Of a stretch of DNA of 64,000 nucleotides, positions 20,191 to 30,242 are shown in pieces (positions within the stretch are counted from its first letter, which is position 1; each line of letters opens with the position of its first letter). The notes under the pieces are model-generated. The model was not told the origin of the DNA. It was given only the letters and a program-made list of their open reading frames with translations, and ran no database searches. The stretch is from an uncultured Desulfarculus sp. (GTDB taxonomy: Bacteria; Desulfobacterota; Desulfarculia; Desulfarculales; Desulfarculaceae). Both the position numbers and the translations under genes were made by a program. The stretch covers positions 3,200,001 to 3,264,000 of the forward strand of contig CAXXUK010000001.1 of assembly GCA_963665125.2 (NCBI GenBank). Direction: 5' to 3'.

Positions 20191-20823
20191 TTGTCGGAAC
20201 CTGAATCCTCCAACGCCACAGTGCGTGTTGATACAAATGACCCCGGCGCGGACAATGAAGTAGTACATCGTGTTTTGGCTGGAAAAGCCAACGACTTTGA
20301 ATACTTGATAGAAAAGTACCAAAGCCATGTGCTGCGCGTGGTCTGCGGAAAAATTCCGCGGGAGGCGGAATTGGAGGTTGGCCAGGACACCTTTGTCCGG
20401 GCTTTCACCTCGCTGCATACCTTTGACACCAGCCGCAGCTTCAAGCACTGGCTCACCGGTATCGCGGTGCGTAGTTGCTGCGACTATTGGCGCGCGCAAA
20501 AGTGGCGCAGGGAAGTGCCCCAAAGCTCATTGAGCGAAGCCGAACAATACTGGCTGGACAACCGGGCGGCCTTTGACGATTTCGCCGAAGGCGCCAATCC
20601 GGAAGCCCGGCAAATGGAAGCCAAACAGGTTTTGGACTGGGCCCTTGGGCAATTGGAGCCCAAGGATCGTCTGGTCTTGATCATGACCCATCTGGAAGGT
20701 CGCACAACGGCCGAGGCGGCAGACGTACTGGGGTGGAGCCAGGCCAATGTCAAGGTGCGGTCTTTCAGGGCGCGCAAAAAGCTGCGCGCGGTGATAAACA
20801 CCGCAATAAATGGCGCGGAGTAG
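20191..20823 (+). CDS. ECF sigma-70 factor
   Basis: QDTFVRAF...SFKHWLTGIA region 2; TTAEAADVLGWSQANVKVRSFRAR region 4. Confidence 0.9.
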   Translation: MSEPESSNATVRVDTNDPGADNEVVHRVLAGKANDFEYLIEKYQSHVLRVVCGKIPREAELEVGQDTFVRAFTSLHTFDTSRSFKHWLTGIAVRSCCDYWRAQKWRREVPQSSLSEAEQYWLDNRAAFDDFAEGANPEARQMEAKQVLDWALGQLEPKDRLVLIMTHLEGRTTAEAADVLGWSQANVKVRSFRARKKLRAVINTAINGAE

Positions 20824-20828
20824 AAGCG

Positions 20829-21152
20829 ATGAGGGAGAAAAAGCGTTGCGAGGACATCGAGAAGGCCCTGGTCCGGGCCTATGCCGACCGGCGGCCCGTT
20901 GAGGCGCCGCCGGGCTGGAGCACCGATGTTATGAGGGCCGCCCGGCTGACCGCCGCAGATGGTGTCGGCAAGGAAAATATCGTCCAGTCCCTTTTCAACC
21001 GGCTGGCCCTTGGCGTGACCACCGCAGCCCTGGTTGTCGGCGTGGCCATGTGGGGCTACTTGGAATTCTTCGGGCCGGATCTGGAATACAAGCTTGTGCA
21101 GAGCACCCTGTTGGCCAAGGGCAGCCTTCTGTCCTGGGGATTGGCCTTGTAG
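20829..21152 (+). CDS. Putative single-TM anti-sigma factor
   Basis: Directly after the sigma gene; PPGWSTDVM motif and TM helix. Confidence 0.65.
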   Translation: MREKKRCEDIEKALVRAYADRRPVEAPPGWSTDVMRAARLTAADGVGKENIVQSLFNRLALGVTTAALVVGVAMWGYLEFFGPDLEYKLVQSTLLAKGSLLSWGLAL

Positions 21153-21172
21153 GTTTTTTCGGAGGGGATAAC

Positions 21173-21688
21173 GTGAACAAAACCAAGATTTGGGCCGGGG
21201 TGCTGACCGTATTCGCCGCCGGCGTCATTGTGGGGGCATTGGGCGGCATTATGTACAGCCGCCACGACTTCCAAAAGCGCTTTGAGAATTTCCACAAAAT
21301 GCCCGCCAAAAGCATCGCCAGGGTTATCCTGGACAAGATAGACCATGAAGTGACTCTGACCGCCCAGCAGCGCCTGGAGATAGAGCCGCTGATCTTGGAA
21401 GGAGCCCAAAAGGCCGACAAGACCATGGAGGCCACCAAACAGAAGATGCAGCAGCATTTGCAGGATCTGTTCAGCCAAATAAAAACGAAGCTGACTCCGG
21501 AGCAAAAAACCAAATTCGATCAGGCCGTGGAAAACGGCCTGTTCCAGCCGCCCGGTCCGCCGCCCGGAGCCGATGGGCGCATGCCTCCGCCCATGGAGCC
21601 GGGCCAAGGTCCGCCGCCGCCAATGCATGGCGATGGCGGACCTTGGCAACATAGACCCGGTCCGCCTCCGCCACCGCCCGCGGAGTGA
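21173..21688 (+). CDS. Periplasmic Spy/CpxP-like helical protein
   Basis: GTG start with GGAGGGG; N-terminal TM; LTAQQ and LTPEQ (LTxxQ) motifs; Pro-rich tail. Confidence 0.7.
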   Translation: MNKTKIWAGVLTVFAAGVIVGALGGIMYSRHDFQKRFENFHKMPAKSIARVILDKIDHEVTLTAQQRLEIEPLILEGAQKADKTMEATKQKMQQHLQDLFSQIKTKLTPEQKTKFDQAVENGLFQPPGPPPGADGRMPPPMEPGQGPPPPMHGDGGPWQHRPGPPPPPPAE

Positions 21689-21695
21689 TTTTTTA

Positions 21696-21722
21696 TGTAA
21701 CCGCAAAGCCTTTCGCCCCGAA
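21696..21722 (+). promoter_or_regulatory. Putative ECF-type promoter TGTAACC-N16-CGAA
   Basis: Matches the motif at 19482; lies upstream of the IS1595-like ORF and overlaps a hairpin at about 21708-21767. Confidence 0.4.
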
Positions 21723-21773
21723 ACCATACCAGGACGGAAAAGTTATCCGGTAGTTCGGGCGAAAGGCATTTTT

Positions 21774-22505
21774 GTGAGCTACGAAATACAACCGCAATTT
21801 GAAATCAATCCAGGCTTGCCCAGAGGCATTGTCCATGAATTGAATCTAACCTGCCCCTTTTGCGGGGGTCGACACCTTTACAAGCTTGGCGACGGCCGCC
21901 GCAAGTGCCGGGACTGCCGCCGGCGCTTCACGCCAAACCCCATTGGCAGCCGCCTTGACGAAAGCGTCCTGGACAAACTGCCCACCCTGTTCTGGGATCT
22001 TGTCCCGGCCGAGGAGGCCTCGCTGGAACTGGGGCTCAACCGCAAGACCGTGCAGCGCTATTACCGCAAGATGCGCCGGGCCATAGCCGACTACAGGCCG
22101 GCGTCCTATCCGGAAAAGCAGACCGCCTGGAACGTGGTTGGCTTTTTCCAGGGCTATTGGCGGGTAGGCGGCCTGTCCAACGATCTGGCCGGCGTGTTTC
22201 CGGTTTTCGGCCTGGCCCAGTTGGGACAGCATGTCCGCGTGGTCATGGCCCAGAACCGGGCCGACTACACCCGCCTGGACGCCAATTCCATGCGTTTGTC
22301 CACGGCGGGCGGCAGGGCCGCCGGAGATATGGCCAATGGCGGTGAGCGCCTGGCCCGTGAATTCTGGAATTTCGCCAGACCAAGACTGGGCGCCTATCAC
22401 GGCGGATGGAAGGCAAACCTGCCGCAGTTTTTACAGGAAATGGAATTCCGCTTTAATCACCGCAATTCTCCCGGCCCGCCGGAGTTGCTGCGCCGGGCGC
22501 TATAA
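21774..22505 (+). CDS. IS1595-transposase-derived protein with a degenerate DDE core (start uncertain)
   Basis: CPFC..CRDC zinc ribbon, HTH (LGLNRKTVQRYY), C-terminal FWNF...EMEFRFNHR; catalytic acidic motifs not recognisable. Confidence 0.7.
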   Translation: MSYEIQPQFEINPGLPRGIVHELNLTCPFCGGRHLYKLGDGRRKCRDCRRRFTPNPIGSRLDESVLDKLPTLFWDLVPAEEASLELGLNRKTVQRYYRKMRRAIADYRPASYPEKQTAWNVVGFFQGYWRVGGLSNDLAGVFPVFGLAQLGQHVRVVMAQNRADYTRLDANSMRLSTAGGRAAGDMANGGERLAREFWNFARPRLGAYHGGWKANLPQFLQEMEFRFNHRNSPGPPELLRRAL

Positions 22506-22552
22506 CAGCAGGCTGCAAGGCGGGGCGATGTTGTAACCGCCACAATCCCCAA

Positions 22553-22597
22553 GCCCGGTAAAGCATAATCGTTTATGCTCTACCGGGCGTTTTTTTC
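22553..22597 (+). terminator. Intrinsic terminator
   Basis: GCCCGGTAAAGCATAA...TTATGCTCTACCGGGC followed by a T tract. Confidence 0.75.
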
Positions 22598-23169
22598 TCA
22601 AATCATCCTACTGATATCAGGTCAACGTCGGGTCGCCGTTGCCGGCGCAAATCATTATCTTGCCAATCGTGGTCCTGTTAATGGTCTATTGGCCGGCCAT
22701 GTTCCGCAACAGCGATAGCGCGTGGCGGTTATCGAAAATTACTAAGCAGTTAAAATATTCCCAACCAGATAAACGTCAAGGCATTTATTGCCGCTTTTTG
22801 GTTTTTATCACGCGATTGTCCGATAGCGTACATACCACATAATCCACAGATCAATGCATCGCAGCCCATCATCTTTGGCCTGTCTATTGCATTATTATAT
22901 GCCTGAAATTTAAAGCTAAGTTTTAAAAACATATTCAACAAGGCAAGCACCTGCTTATCAGACCATGACCAAGGACCAGTGTCATGGCATAGATGGTTTT
23001 ATCTGACATGGCAGGGTGTTGGTGTACACCAAATCGAGAACCATAAAACTATTGCGGTGGAGGCCATGGCGTAAACAACATTAGCGCAATAAGAACGGGA
23101 AGGTGACCAGATAATATCGATAAATGTAAATTGATTTCAATTTTCAAACAACAAAACCAGGAGAACAAA

Positions 23170-23619
23170 ATGAGCGTCTCGGCAATAGGCGGCGGCACTG
23201 ACACGCAGGCCATGTACGGCATGGGCCAGCGGCCGCCCAAGCCCACCGAAGAAGAAATGGAAACTATGGCCACCGATTTCATCAGTCAGCTCGACACCGA
23301 CGTCGACGGAGTACTGAGCATCGACGAAGCCGGCGTGGACGAAGAAAGCTTTGCCGAAATCGACACCGACGGCGACGGGTTTGTCACCACCGAGGAAATG
23401 ACCACCGCCATGGCCGAACTGGGCCCGCCACCGCCCCCGCCGGGCGCGGGCATGGCGCCCCCCAGCGACGACGACGAGGAGACCAGCACGGTCTCGGCGG
23501 CCAAGGGCGCCGAAGAATACAAAACCCAGAGCAACGCGCTCATGGATCTGCTCTTCCAGACCATGGGACCGGGCGATGCCGCGAGCGCCGCCACCCAGGG
23601 CATCAGCCTCACGGCCTAG
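23170..23619 (+). CDS. EF-hand domain protein
   Basis: DTDVDGVLSIDE and DTDGDGFVTTEE loops; AGGAG RBS. Confidence 0.8.
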   Translation: MSVSAIGGGTDTQAMYGMGQRPPKPTEEEMETMATDFISQLDTDVDGVLSIDEAGVDEESFAEIDTDGDGFVTTEEMTTAMAELGPPPPPPGAGMAPPSDDDEETSTVSAAKGAEEYKTQSNALMDLLFQTMGPGDAASAATQGISLTA

Positions 23620-23630
23620 TTCGTTGCGGC

Positions 23631-23677
23631 AAACCGGGGCAGCCGGGCACAAGGACGTGCCGCTGTCCCGGTTTTTT
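23631..23677 (+). terminator. Intrinsic terminator
   Basis: AAACCGGGGCAGC...GCTGTCCCGGTTTTTT. Confidence 0.6.
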
Positions 23678-23783
23678 CGGCACCTCTGCCTGCCATGTTG
23701 GACTGCCCCCGGCCCCGATGGTGTGCTAGTCTTTAAACAGGTCCAGCGCCGATAATGCCCATGCCATCATCCGGGAGGCAGCG

Positions 23784-25658
23784 ATGAGCCAAGCCAGAGA
23801 TAAAAGCAGACCTGTCCAGACCCACTATGAGCGATGCCAATACACCATGAGGCCGGATTACACCAAGCCCGTCCTGGATATACCCGATAAAAGCAGCAGC
23901 GAAATCCTCAGGCATTTGGAATTCCTCTATGGCGCGGAGGTGGCGGCCAAGTGGCTTCCCGAGTTCGAGCGCATAATCAAGGTGCATCACGCCCACAAGT
24001 CTCCGGCAAGGCTGGCCCGGGATTCGATGATGAGCGCAGAACGGTTGTTCAGCGAAAGAGACTTGGTGCTCATCACCTATGCGGACATGTTCCGGGACGG
24101 CTCCGAAAAGCCGCTCAAGACCCTGATGCGCATCTGCACCGGAATGATGGAAGCGCCCAACACATTACACATTCTACCTTTTTTCCCCTATAGTTCCGAC
24201 CGCGGTTTCGCGATCATCGATTACACCCAGGTCGACTGCAACCTGGGCGACTGGTCGGACATCCGCCAACTGGCGGGCAGCTTCAAGCTGATGTTTGACG
24301 GCGTGCTCAATCACGTGTCTTCGCGCAGCCAGGTTTTCCAGGACTATCTGGACGGTAGGCCCGACGCCGCCGAATATTTCATAGCCTATGAATCGCCCGA
24401 AGACCTCACGGCCGATCAGCGAAGCAAGATTTTCCGCCCTCGAACCAGCGACATTCTGTCGCGGTTTTACACGATCAACGGTCCCCGCTATTTGTGGACG
24501 ACTTTTTCCGACGACCAGATAGACCTCAACTACCGCAACCCCGAAGTGTTGTTGGCGGCCACCGAGGCCCTGCTGTTGTATGTGCGCATGGGGGCCGACC
24601 TACTGCGCCTGGATGCCGTGACCTTCATCTGGGCCGAACCGGGCACCGAATGCGTGCACCTGGATGAAACCCACGAAATCGTCAAATTGTTGCGCACGGT
24701 CATGGACATCGCCGCGCCGGGCACAGCCCTGATCACCGAAACCAACGTGCCCCACCAGGACAACATCTCATATTTCGGCAACGGTTTTAACGAAGCCCAT
24801 ATGGTCTACAATTTCGCCCTGCCTCCCCTTGTTCTCTACACCTTTTTCGCCCAGGACTCCGGGCCGCTGAGCCGCTGGGCCGCGGGCATGGAGCCGCCCA
24901 GCGACCAGACCCATTTCTTCAATATTCTCGACACCCACGACGGCATAGGCCTGCAGGGCGCCAAAGACATCCTGGACAAGAATCAGATTGATCTGATCGT
25001 CAGCAGCGCCAAACAGAACGGGGCCCTTGTGAGCTATAAGGCCGTCAAGGGCGGCGGCGAGGAGCCATACGAGATCAACTCCACCTGGTGGAGCGTGCTA
25101 TCGGACAAAGAGGCCAACCAGACCATGGAACATCAGGTCGAAAAGTACGTGGCCTCCCGCAGCATCTCCCTGGTGCTCAAGGGCGTGCCGGCCATATTCG
25201 TCCATGGCGCCCTGGCCACGGAAAACGACTGGGAGACATATAACCGTACCAAGCACCCCAGAGATCTCAACCGGGCCTACATCGAAGCCGACTACCTGGA
25301 AGAGCAATTCAAGACGCCAACCCTCAAGGCGCAACTGTTGTTGGAAAGGCTGCGACCCCTGCACGTAAACCGGATCGTGCACAAGGCCTTCCACCCCAAC
25401 GGCGGCCAGAAGGTCCTGCTGTTGCACCCCGGCGTTTTCATCGTGCTGCGCACCGCGCCCGATGGCGAGCGGCGCATCCTGGCCTTGACCAACATCAGTA
25501 ACGGTCACTGCACGGTGCACGCACCCAAGGCCGACCTGGAAGGAATCGACAAATGGCGCGATATCCTCGGCGAGAAGGAATTTTCGGCCGACGGCGGCAA
25601 GATGATCATCACCTTGGAGCCATACGAAGTGCTGTGGCTGGAGCCTGTTGACGACTAA
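23784..25658 (+). CDS. GH13 sucrose-phosphorylase-family enzyme (glucosylglycerate phosphorylase-like)
   Basis: HILPFFPYSSDRGF, WTTFSDDQIDLN, RLDAV, ITETN, THDGIG, YEIN motifs. Confidence 0.88.
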   Translation: MSQARDKSRPVQTHYERCQYTMRPDYTKPVLDIPDKSSSEILRHLEFLYGAEVAAKWLPEFERIIKVHHAHKSPARLARDSMMSAERLFSERDLVLITYADMFRDGSEKPLKTLMRICTGMMEAPNTLHILPFFPYSSDRGFAIIDYTQVDCNLGDWSDIRQLAGSFKLMFDGVLNHVSSRSQVFQDYLDGRPDAAEYFIAYESPEDLTADQRSKIFRPRTSDILSRFYTINGPRYLWTTFSDDQIDLNYRNPEVLLAATEALLLYVRMGADLLRLDAVTFIWAEPGTECVHLDETHEIVKLLRTVMDIAAPGTALITETNVPHQDNISYFGNGFNEAHMVYNFALPPLVLYTFFAQDSGPLSRWAAGMEPPSDQTHFFNILDTHDGIGLQGAKDILDKNQIDLIVSSAKQNGALVSYKAVKGGGEEPYEINSTWWSVLSDKEANQTMEHQVEKYVASRSISLVLKGVPAIFVHGALATENDWETYNRTKHPRDLNRAYIEADYLEEQFKTPTLKAQLLLERLRPLHVNRIVHKAFHPNGGQKVLLLHPGVFIVLRTAPDGERRILALTNISNGHCTVHAPKADLEGIDKWRDILGEKEFSADGGKMIITLEPYEVLWLEPVDD

Positions 25659-25755
25659 TTCATCAATGCGATAGACAACAGTGATTTATATCGTTCGAGC
25701 CTATCTGCTAATATATACATAGTATCAACCATGTATTTTTCTAGGCATCGCACAT

Positions 25756-26955
25756 ATGAAAAAAGCCCTGGCTTTCGGCATTTCGTTTTGGCTTCTACTG
25801 GTAACCGTGTCAATTTATTGGAACTATTCCAGCATGTTGTCAAAACAGCAGGAACTTCTTCTGCAAGCAGCGCGTAGTTATTTCGCCCAAATTGTCCTGT
25901 CCAGGGCCTGGGTTGCATTCCACGGCGGGGTTTACGTTCCCGTTACCATGGAAACCAGGCCCAATGAGTATCTTGAAACGCCGATGCGGGAAATCGTCGT
26001 CAACGAAAATTTGACGCTGACCAAAATCAATCCGGCTTTCATGACCCGTCAAATTTCGGAAATGGCCCAAAAGCGCAACGGTGTCCAGTTTCATATCACC
26101 AGCCTCAAGCCAACCCGCCCGGGCAATATACCGGACATGATGGAAAAGCTGGCCTTGCAGGGCTTCGAAAAAGGCGAAACGGAAACCGCTTTCCTGTTCA
26201 ATGAAAGCGGTAAACGGTATTTCTTTTTCATGGCCCCGCTGGTTACCGAAAAGACCTGCCTGCAGTGTCACGCCAAGCAGAACTACAAGGTAGGCGACAT
26301 CAGGGGCGGCATCAGCGTTATTCTGCCGTATTCCCTGAATATGCCTATAGTCTCGCTGGTGACGGGTCATATCATCATCGCCTTGGTCGGCGTGGCCGGC
26401 ATGATCATCGGCGGCCGCAAGCTCAGCGGGGCTTATGCCCGGTTGAGGCATCAATCAATAACCGACACCCTGACTGAAATACCAAACAGGCGCAATTTTT
26501 CCGAGACCCTGCTCAAGGAGTTCAACCGGTGCAAACGGACTCAAAACCCCTTGTCGGTGATCATGTGCGACATTGACTATTTCAAGAGTTTCAACGATAC
26601 GTTCGGGCATGACAAAGGCGACGAATGCCTCAAGAGTGTTGCAAAGGCCGTGGATTCAGCCCTTAAGCGGCCCGGAGATTTCTGCGCTAGATACGGCGGA
26701 GAGGAATTTGTGGTCATCCTGCCGGAGACATCGGCCGAAGGGGCGTATCATGTTGCCGAAAATATCCGGATGGCTGTGGAGGACCTGCGAATCCCCAGCA
26801 AGGCCAACAGTTTCTTGCCCTATGTGACCATCAGCCTTGGCGTTACCACGTCGGATCTGGAATCTCCAATCGATCCGGAACTGTTGACCAAGTACGCCGA
26901 CGAGGCCCTCTACGCGGCAAAGGCCAACGGCCGCAACCGGGTCGAGGTTCACTGA
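25756..26955 (+). CDS. Diguanylate cyclase with a periplasmic heme-c (DUF3365/Tll0287-like) sensor
   Basis: INPAFMTRQI, CLQCH, GDIRGGIS; RPGD I-site; GGEEF. Confidence 0.9.
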   Translation: MKKALAFGISFWLLLVTVSIYWNYSSMLSKQQELLLQAARSYFAQIVLSRAWVAFHGGVYVPVTMETRPNEYLETPMREIVVNENLTLTKINPAFMTRQISEMAQKRNGVQFHITSLKPTRPGNIPDMMEKLALQGFEKGETETAFLFNESGKRYFFFMAPLVTEKTCLQCHAKQNYKVGDIRGGISVILPYSLNMPIVSLVTGHIIIALVGVAGMIIGGRKLSGAYARLRHQSITDTLTEIPNRRNFSETLLKEFNRCKRTQNPLSVIMCDIDYFKSFNDTFGHDKGDECLKSVAKAVDSALKRPGDFCARYGGEEFVVILPETSAEGAYHVAENIRMAVEDLRIPSKANSFLPYVTISLGVTTSDLESPIDPELLTKYADEALYAAKANGRNRVEVH

Positions 26956-27077
26956 GCCCGGCTGCAAGCAATTTCAATTATGCACCGATAATTAAGGAGT
27001 CGCCCATATGGGCGATTCTTTTTTCCATCCGTCTTTTAACCTGTCCTCTGTACTCAACAGGTCGGAGGAGGGATAAA

Positions 27078-27530
27078 ATGACCAGGATCGGAATCATAAC
27101 CTGCGCCAACTGCGCCCAAGAGACCAACTGCTCCTCGGTTGTCTGCTTTGCCGACATGCGTAAGCGCAGGGGACACTTTGACAGATACCCCAAAGATGAA
27201 GAGTTGGCTTTCGTGGGCCTGGTGCATTGCACCGGCTGCCCCACGGCCGTGGCGCCCGGCAAGATTCTCAAAAGAATCCGCTCGCTTGTGGCCTACAAGC
27301 TGGACGTCCTGCACTTTTCGCACTGCATGACCGCGCTTTGCCCATTTATCAAAAAATACGAAAAGGAAATCAAAAACGCCTTCCCAGAACTGGAGATCGT
27401 CCACGGCACGCACCAGGCCGGCGACACGGAAAAATTCCGGCAGTGTATCAAGGAACTGCTTCAGCCCACCGTTTCGGTGCCCCAGGACATGAACGACGTG
27501 ATAAAGGGCACCATCACCCTGCCGGGCTAG
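27078..27530 (+). CDS. CGGC-domain metal-binding protein
   Basis: IGIITC...C...C, CTGCP, HFSHC...CP, VHGTH pattern. Confidence 0.8.
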   Translation: MTRIGIITCANCAQETNCSSVVCFADMRKRRGHFDRYPKDEELAFVGLVHCTGCPTAVAPGKILKRIRSLVAYKLDVLHFSHCMTALCPFIKKYEKEIKNAFPELEIVHGTHQAGDTEKFRQCIKELLQPTVSVPQDMNDVIKGTITLPG

Positions 27531-27554
27531 GGCAGAAGCGATGTCCCCGGCGCC

Positions 27555-28097
27555 CTAAAACGGCGGCTCGGACCCAGGCGGCAGGGGCACGTCAAAGGCG
27601 AAGATCACCCCGGCGATCATCTGGTAAAACCCGCACAGGGCCACCAACTCGATAACGCCGTCCAGGCCGATTTCGTCGATAAGGTCGTCCTGTAGGCCCT
27701 GGGGTATGTTTTTTTGGGCCAGAACGCAGTCCACGATCTTGATTGTCAGCCGCAGGGCCGTGGACATCCTAGGCGCGGTTTCGCCCCGGCGCAGGGCCTC
27801 GATGGTCTCGGGCGGCAGACCCTGTTCCAGGGCCGGGCCGGTGTGCTTGACCCACTCGTAGCCCGCGCCCAGCTTTTGGGCCACCCGCAGGATGGCCGCC
27901 TCCCGCAGCAGGCCGGGCAACACCGAATTTCCGAAACGGAAAAACGTACCCAGGGCGCTTATATGTTCCAGCAGGTCCGGGTGATTGAGCAAGGTGCGGT
28001 ACATACCGTCGATGCGGCTGCGCGTGGCCACCAGCTCTTCATACAGCTCGGCGGCCTTGCCTTGCAGGTTGGCCGTGGGATCGGGCAGACGGGCCAT
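27555..28097 (-). CDS. Carboxymuconolactone decarboxylase-family protein
   Basis: LLNHPDL, LREAAILRVA, YEWVKH motifs. Confidence 0.8.
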   Translation of the reverse strand: MARLPDPTANLQGKAAELYEELVATRSRIDGMYRTLLNHPDLLEHISALGTFFRFGNSVLPGLLREAAILRVAQKLGAGYEWVKHTGPALEQGLPPETIEALRRGETAPRMSTALRLTIKIVDCVLAQKNIPQGLQDDLIDEIGLDGVIELVALCGFYQMIAGVIFAFDVPLPPGSEPPF

Positions 28098-28122
28098 ATT
28101 TACCTCCTATCAGGAGCATCCC

Positions 28123-29856
28123 TCAGCAATCGTCGCGCCAGTTTTTCTTGGCCTCGGAATAAGGCGTCACCGGCGTGGTGTATTTCTTGTCGCAGCGCAC
28201 ATCCAACAGATAGGCGCAGTTGGCTTCAAGCGCGCGCTCAAATGCTCCGGCCAGGTCGCCGGGCCTTTCCACGGTCTCGGCCTTCAGGCCCAATGACCTG
28301 GCGAATCCGGCCCAGTCGTGGGTGGGCAGGGTCGTCAGCTCGCCCGGCACCGGCCCTTCGTCGTGGGCCCGCAGCCAGACATTGGCCAGGGCGCTGTTGT
28401 TGACCACCACATAAATCACGGCCAGGCCGTAGCGCGCCGCGGTCTGGATCTCCATGCCGTGCATGAGCATGCAGCCGTCGCCGGTGGCCACAATCACCGG
28501 CCGGTTCGGCCGGGCGGCCTTGGCTCCAACGGCCGCCGGTATGGCCCAGCCCATGGGGCCCACGTTGGTGGCCGACAGATAGCTGCGGGGCTCCAGGGCC
28601 GGCCAATAATGGCCCCAGAAAGCCCGGTGGGCCCCGGAGTCGATCATCATCACCGTATCGCGGGGCATGACCCCGGCCATTTCATGGACCACCCTGGCCG
28701 GATGAATGGGCGCGGCGTCTCTTTGCAGGTTTTGTTCGTCGTAATACGGCGAGCCCAAGGCCCGCAGCTCTTCCAGCCACTTGGCCCTTGCCGAGCGCCC
28801 GCTATCCAGGGCCGCAGCCCTGTGCCCGTCGGCGGCCAGCAGACAGCGCAGGACCTGGCCCGCGTCGCCGGGCAAGGCCATTTCGCCGGGATAGGCCCCT
28901 CCGATGACCGATGGGTCGATATCCACCCTGACCAGGGCCCGGTTGGGGACCATGCGCTGGTTCCAGAACATGGTGTCGCGCTGCAACAGGCCCGAGCCCA
29001 GCACGATGAGCACCTCGACCTCGACCGAGAGGATGGCCTCTATGGCCTGGCGGTGGCCCGCGTAGCCGAATACGCCCAGGGACAGGCGGTGGTCCTCGGG
29101 CAATACGCCCTTGGCCCGCAGGGTGGTGGCCACGGGAATCTCGAAGCGCTCGGCAACCTGGCGCAGCTCATCCCAGGCGGCGGATTTCTCCACCCCGGCC
29201 CCGGCCAGGATGACCACCTTTTGCGGCGGCGCGCCGGTGGACGGGGCCAGCAAGTCCCATACCCGCTGCATGGCGTCCTGGTCTACCACCCTGGCCCGGT
29301 GGGCCGAGGCGTCCTGGGGCTGCCAGCAGTGGGGTATTTCGCTTTTCTGGATGTCCGTGGGCAGGCTCAGGTGCACGGGGCCCTGGGGCCCGGCCAGCAT
29401 GCGGCGCAGACAGGCCCCCAGATGATGGCTGAGCAGGTGTGGGTTTTCCACGGCGTACGAGGCATTACACAAGGGCCGCAGGATGCTGATGTCGTCCAGG
29501 GCCGCCGGGCTGGAGTCCTGGAAGCCGCCCCGGCCTTCCCAACTCGTGGGCACCTGGCCGGAGATCAGGATCACCGGCGAGCCGTCGGTGCGGGCCGCCT
29601 CCACGGCAGTCACGGTGTTGGTGATGCCCGGACCGCCGATGACCAGGCAGGCCCCGAAGCGGCCGCTGGCCCTGGCGTAGCCGTCGGCCATGTACGCCGC
29701 GCCGCCCTCCTGGGCCGCCACGATGGGCCGCAGGCCGCTGATCCGGCCAAAGGCGGGCAAAAACGGGTCGACCAAACCGCCGGGCACCATGAAGACATGA
29801 TCCAGGCCCTCGTGTTTCAAGGCTTGCAGAACGAAATCAGTGGCCAACGCGGACAT
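28123..29856 (-). CDS. Thiamine pyrophosphate-dependent enzyme (acetolactate synthase-like)
   Basis: QEGGAAYMADGYAR, GPGITN, GDGC-X24-NN TPP motif. Confidence 0.9.
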   Translation of the reverse strand: MSALATDFVLQALKHEGLDHVFMVPGGLVDPFLPAFGRISGLRPIVAAQEGGAAYMADGYARASGRFGACLVIGGPGITNTVTAVEAARTDGSPVILISGQVPTSWEGRGGFQDSSPAALDDISILRPLCNASYAVENPHLLSHHLGACLRRMLAGPQGPVHLSLPTDIQKSEIPHCWQPQDASAHRARVVDQDAMQRVWDLLAPSTGAPPQKVVILAGAGVEKSAAWDELRQVAERFEIPVATTLRAKGVLPEDHRLSLGVFGYAGHRQAIEAILSVEVEVLIVLGSGLLQRDTMFWNQRMVPNRALVRVDIDPSVIGGAYPGEMALPGDAGQVLRCLLAADGHRAAALDSGRSARAKWLEELRALGSPYYDEQNLQRDAAPIHPARVVHEMAGVMPRDTVMMIDSGAHRAFWGHYWPALEPRSYLSATNVGPMGWAIPAAVGAKAARPNRPVIVATGDGCMLMHGMEIQTAARYGLAVIYVVVNNSALANVWLRAHDEGPVPGELTTLPTHDWAGFARSLGLKAETVERPGDLAGAFERALEANCAYLLDVRCDKKYTTPVTPYSEAKKNWRDDC

Positions 29857-29921
29857 AACGCCTCCCGGTCATGGGCCTTGCGGCTGGTGTTAAAGTTATT
29901 TTAACTGAACAGAAAAACCCT

Positions 29922-30242
29922 TTACGGCATTAAGCCAAGTTGAATACCAATATGAGCGGCCAAAAGAATAATTAACGGGGATATCAACCAGAACACCCCG
30001 CCCAATACAGCCCCCAAAATGATTCGAACTATCAAGCTGTTAAACTTCAAGTAACGCATGCTGAAAAGCAGAATAACAACTGAAATCAAATAATTAGACC
30101 AGAACAACACCGCCAGCAGATTCCAGGCGTCCTTGCCGCCCCAGTAGCCCCCAAATACTGGCACGAGACACAACAGGAAATAGACGAAATACGCCGCGAT
30201 ATTGAATAGAACGATCTTTTTTGTCGTTATGGTCTTGCTCAT
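29922..30242 (-). CDS. Small membrane protein
   Basis: Three hydrophobic segments; abuts the upstream gene; more AT-rich than its neighbours. Confidence 0.55.
   Translation of the reverse strand: MSKTITTKKIVLFNIAAYFVYFLLCLVPVFGGYWGGKDAWNLLAVLFWSNYLISVVILLFSMRYLKFNSLIVRIILGAVLGGVFWLISPLIILLAAHIGIQLGLMP

Noticed and set aside
27078..28097. Selenocysteine read-through in the CGGC/CMD genes, prompted by the selC fragment
   Set aside because: Both ORFs look full-length and end in TAG, with no in-frame TGA.
28318..29904. Long antisense ORFs (also 2403..3707, 9903..10913, 33482..34444 and others)
   Set aside because: These are shadow frames of well-supported genes in GC-rich DNA, with no motifs.
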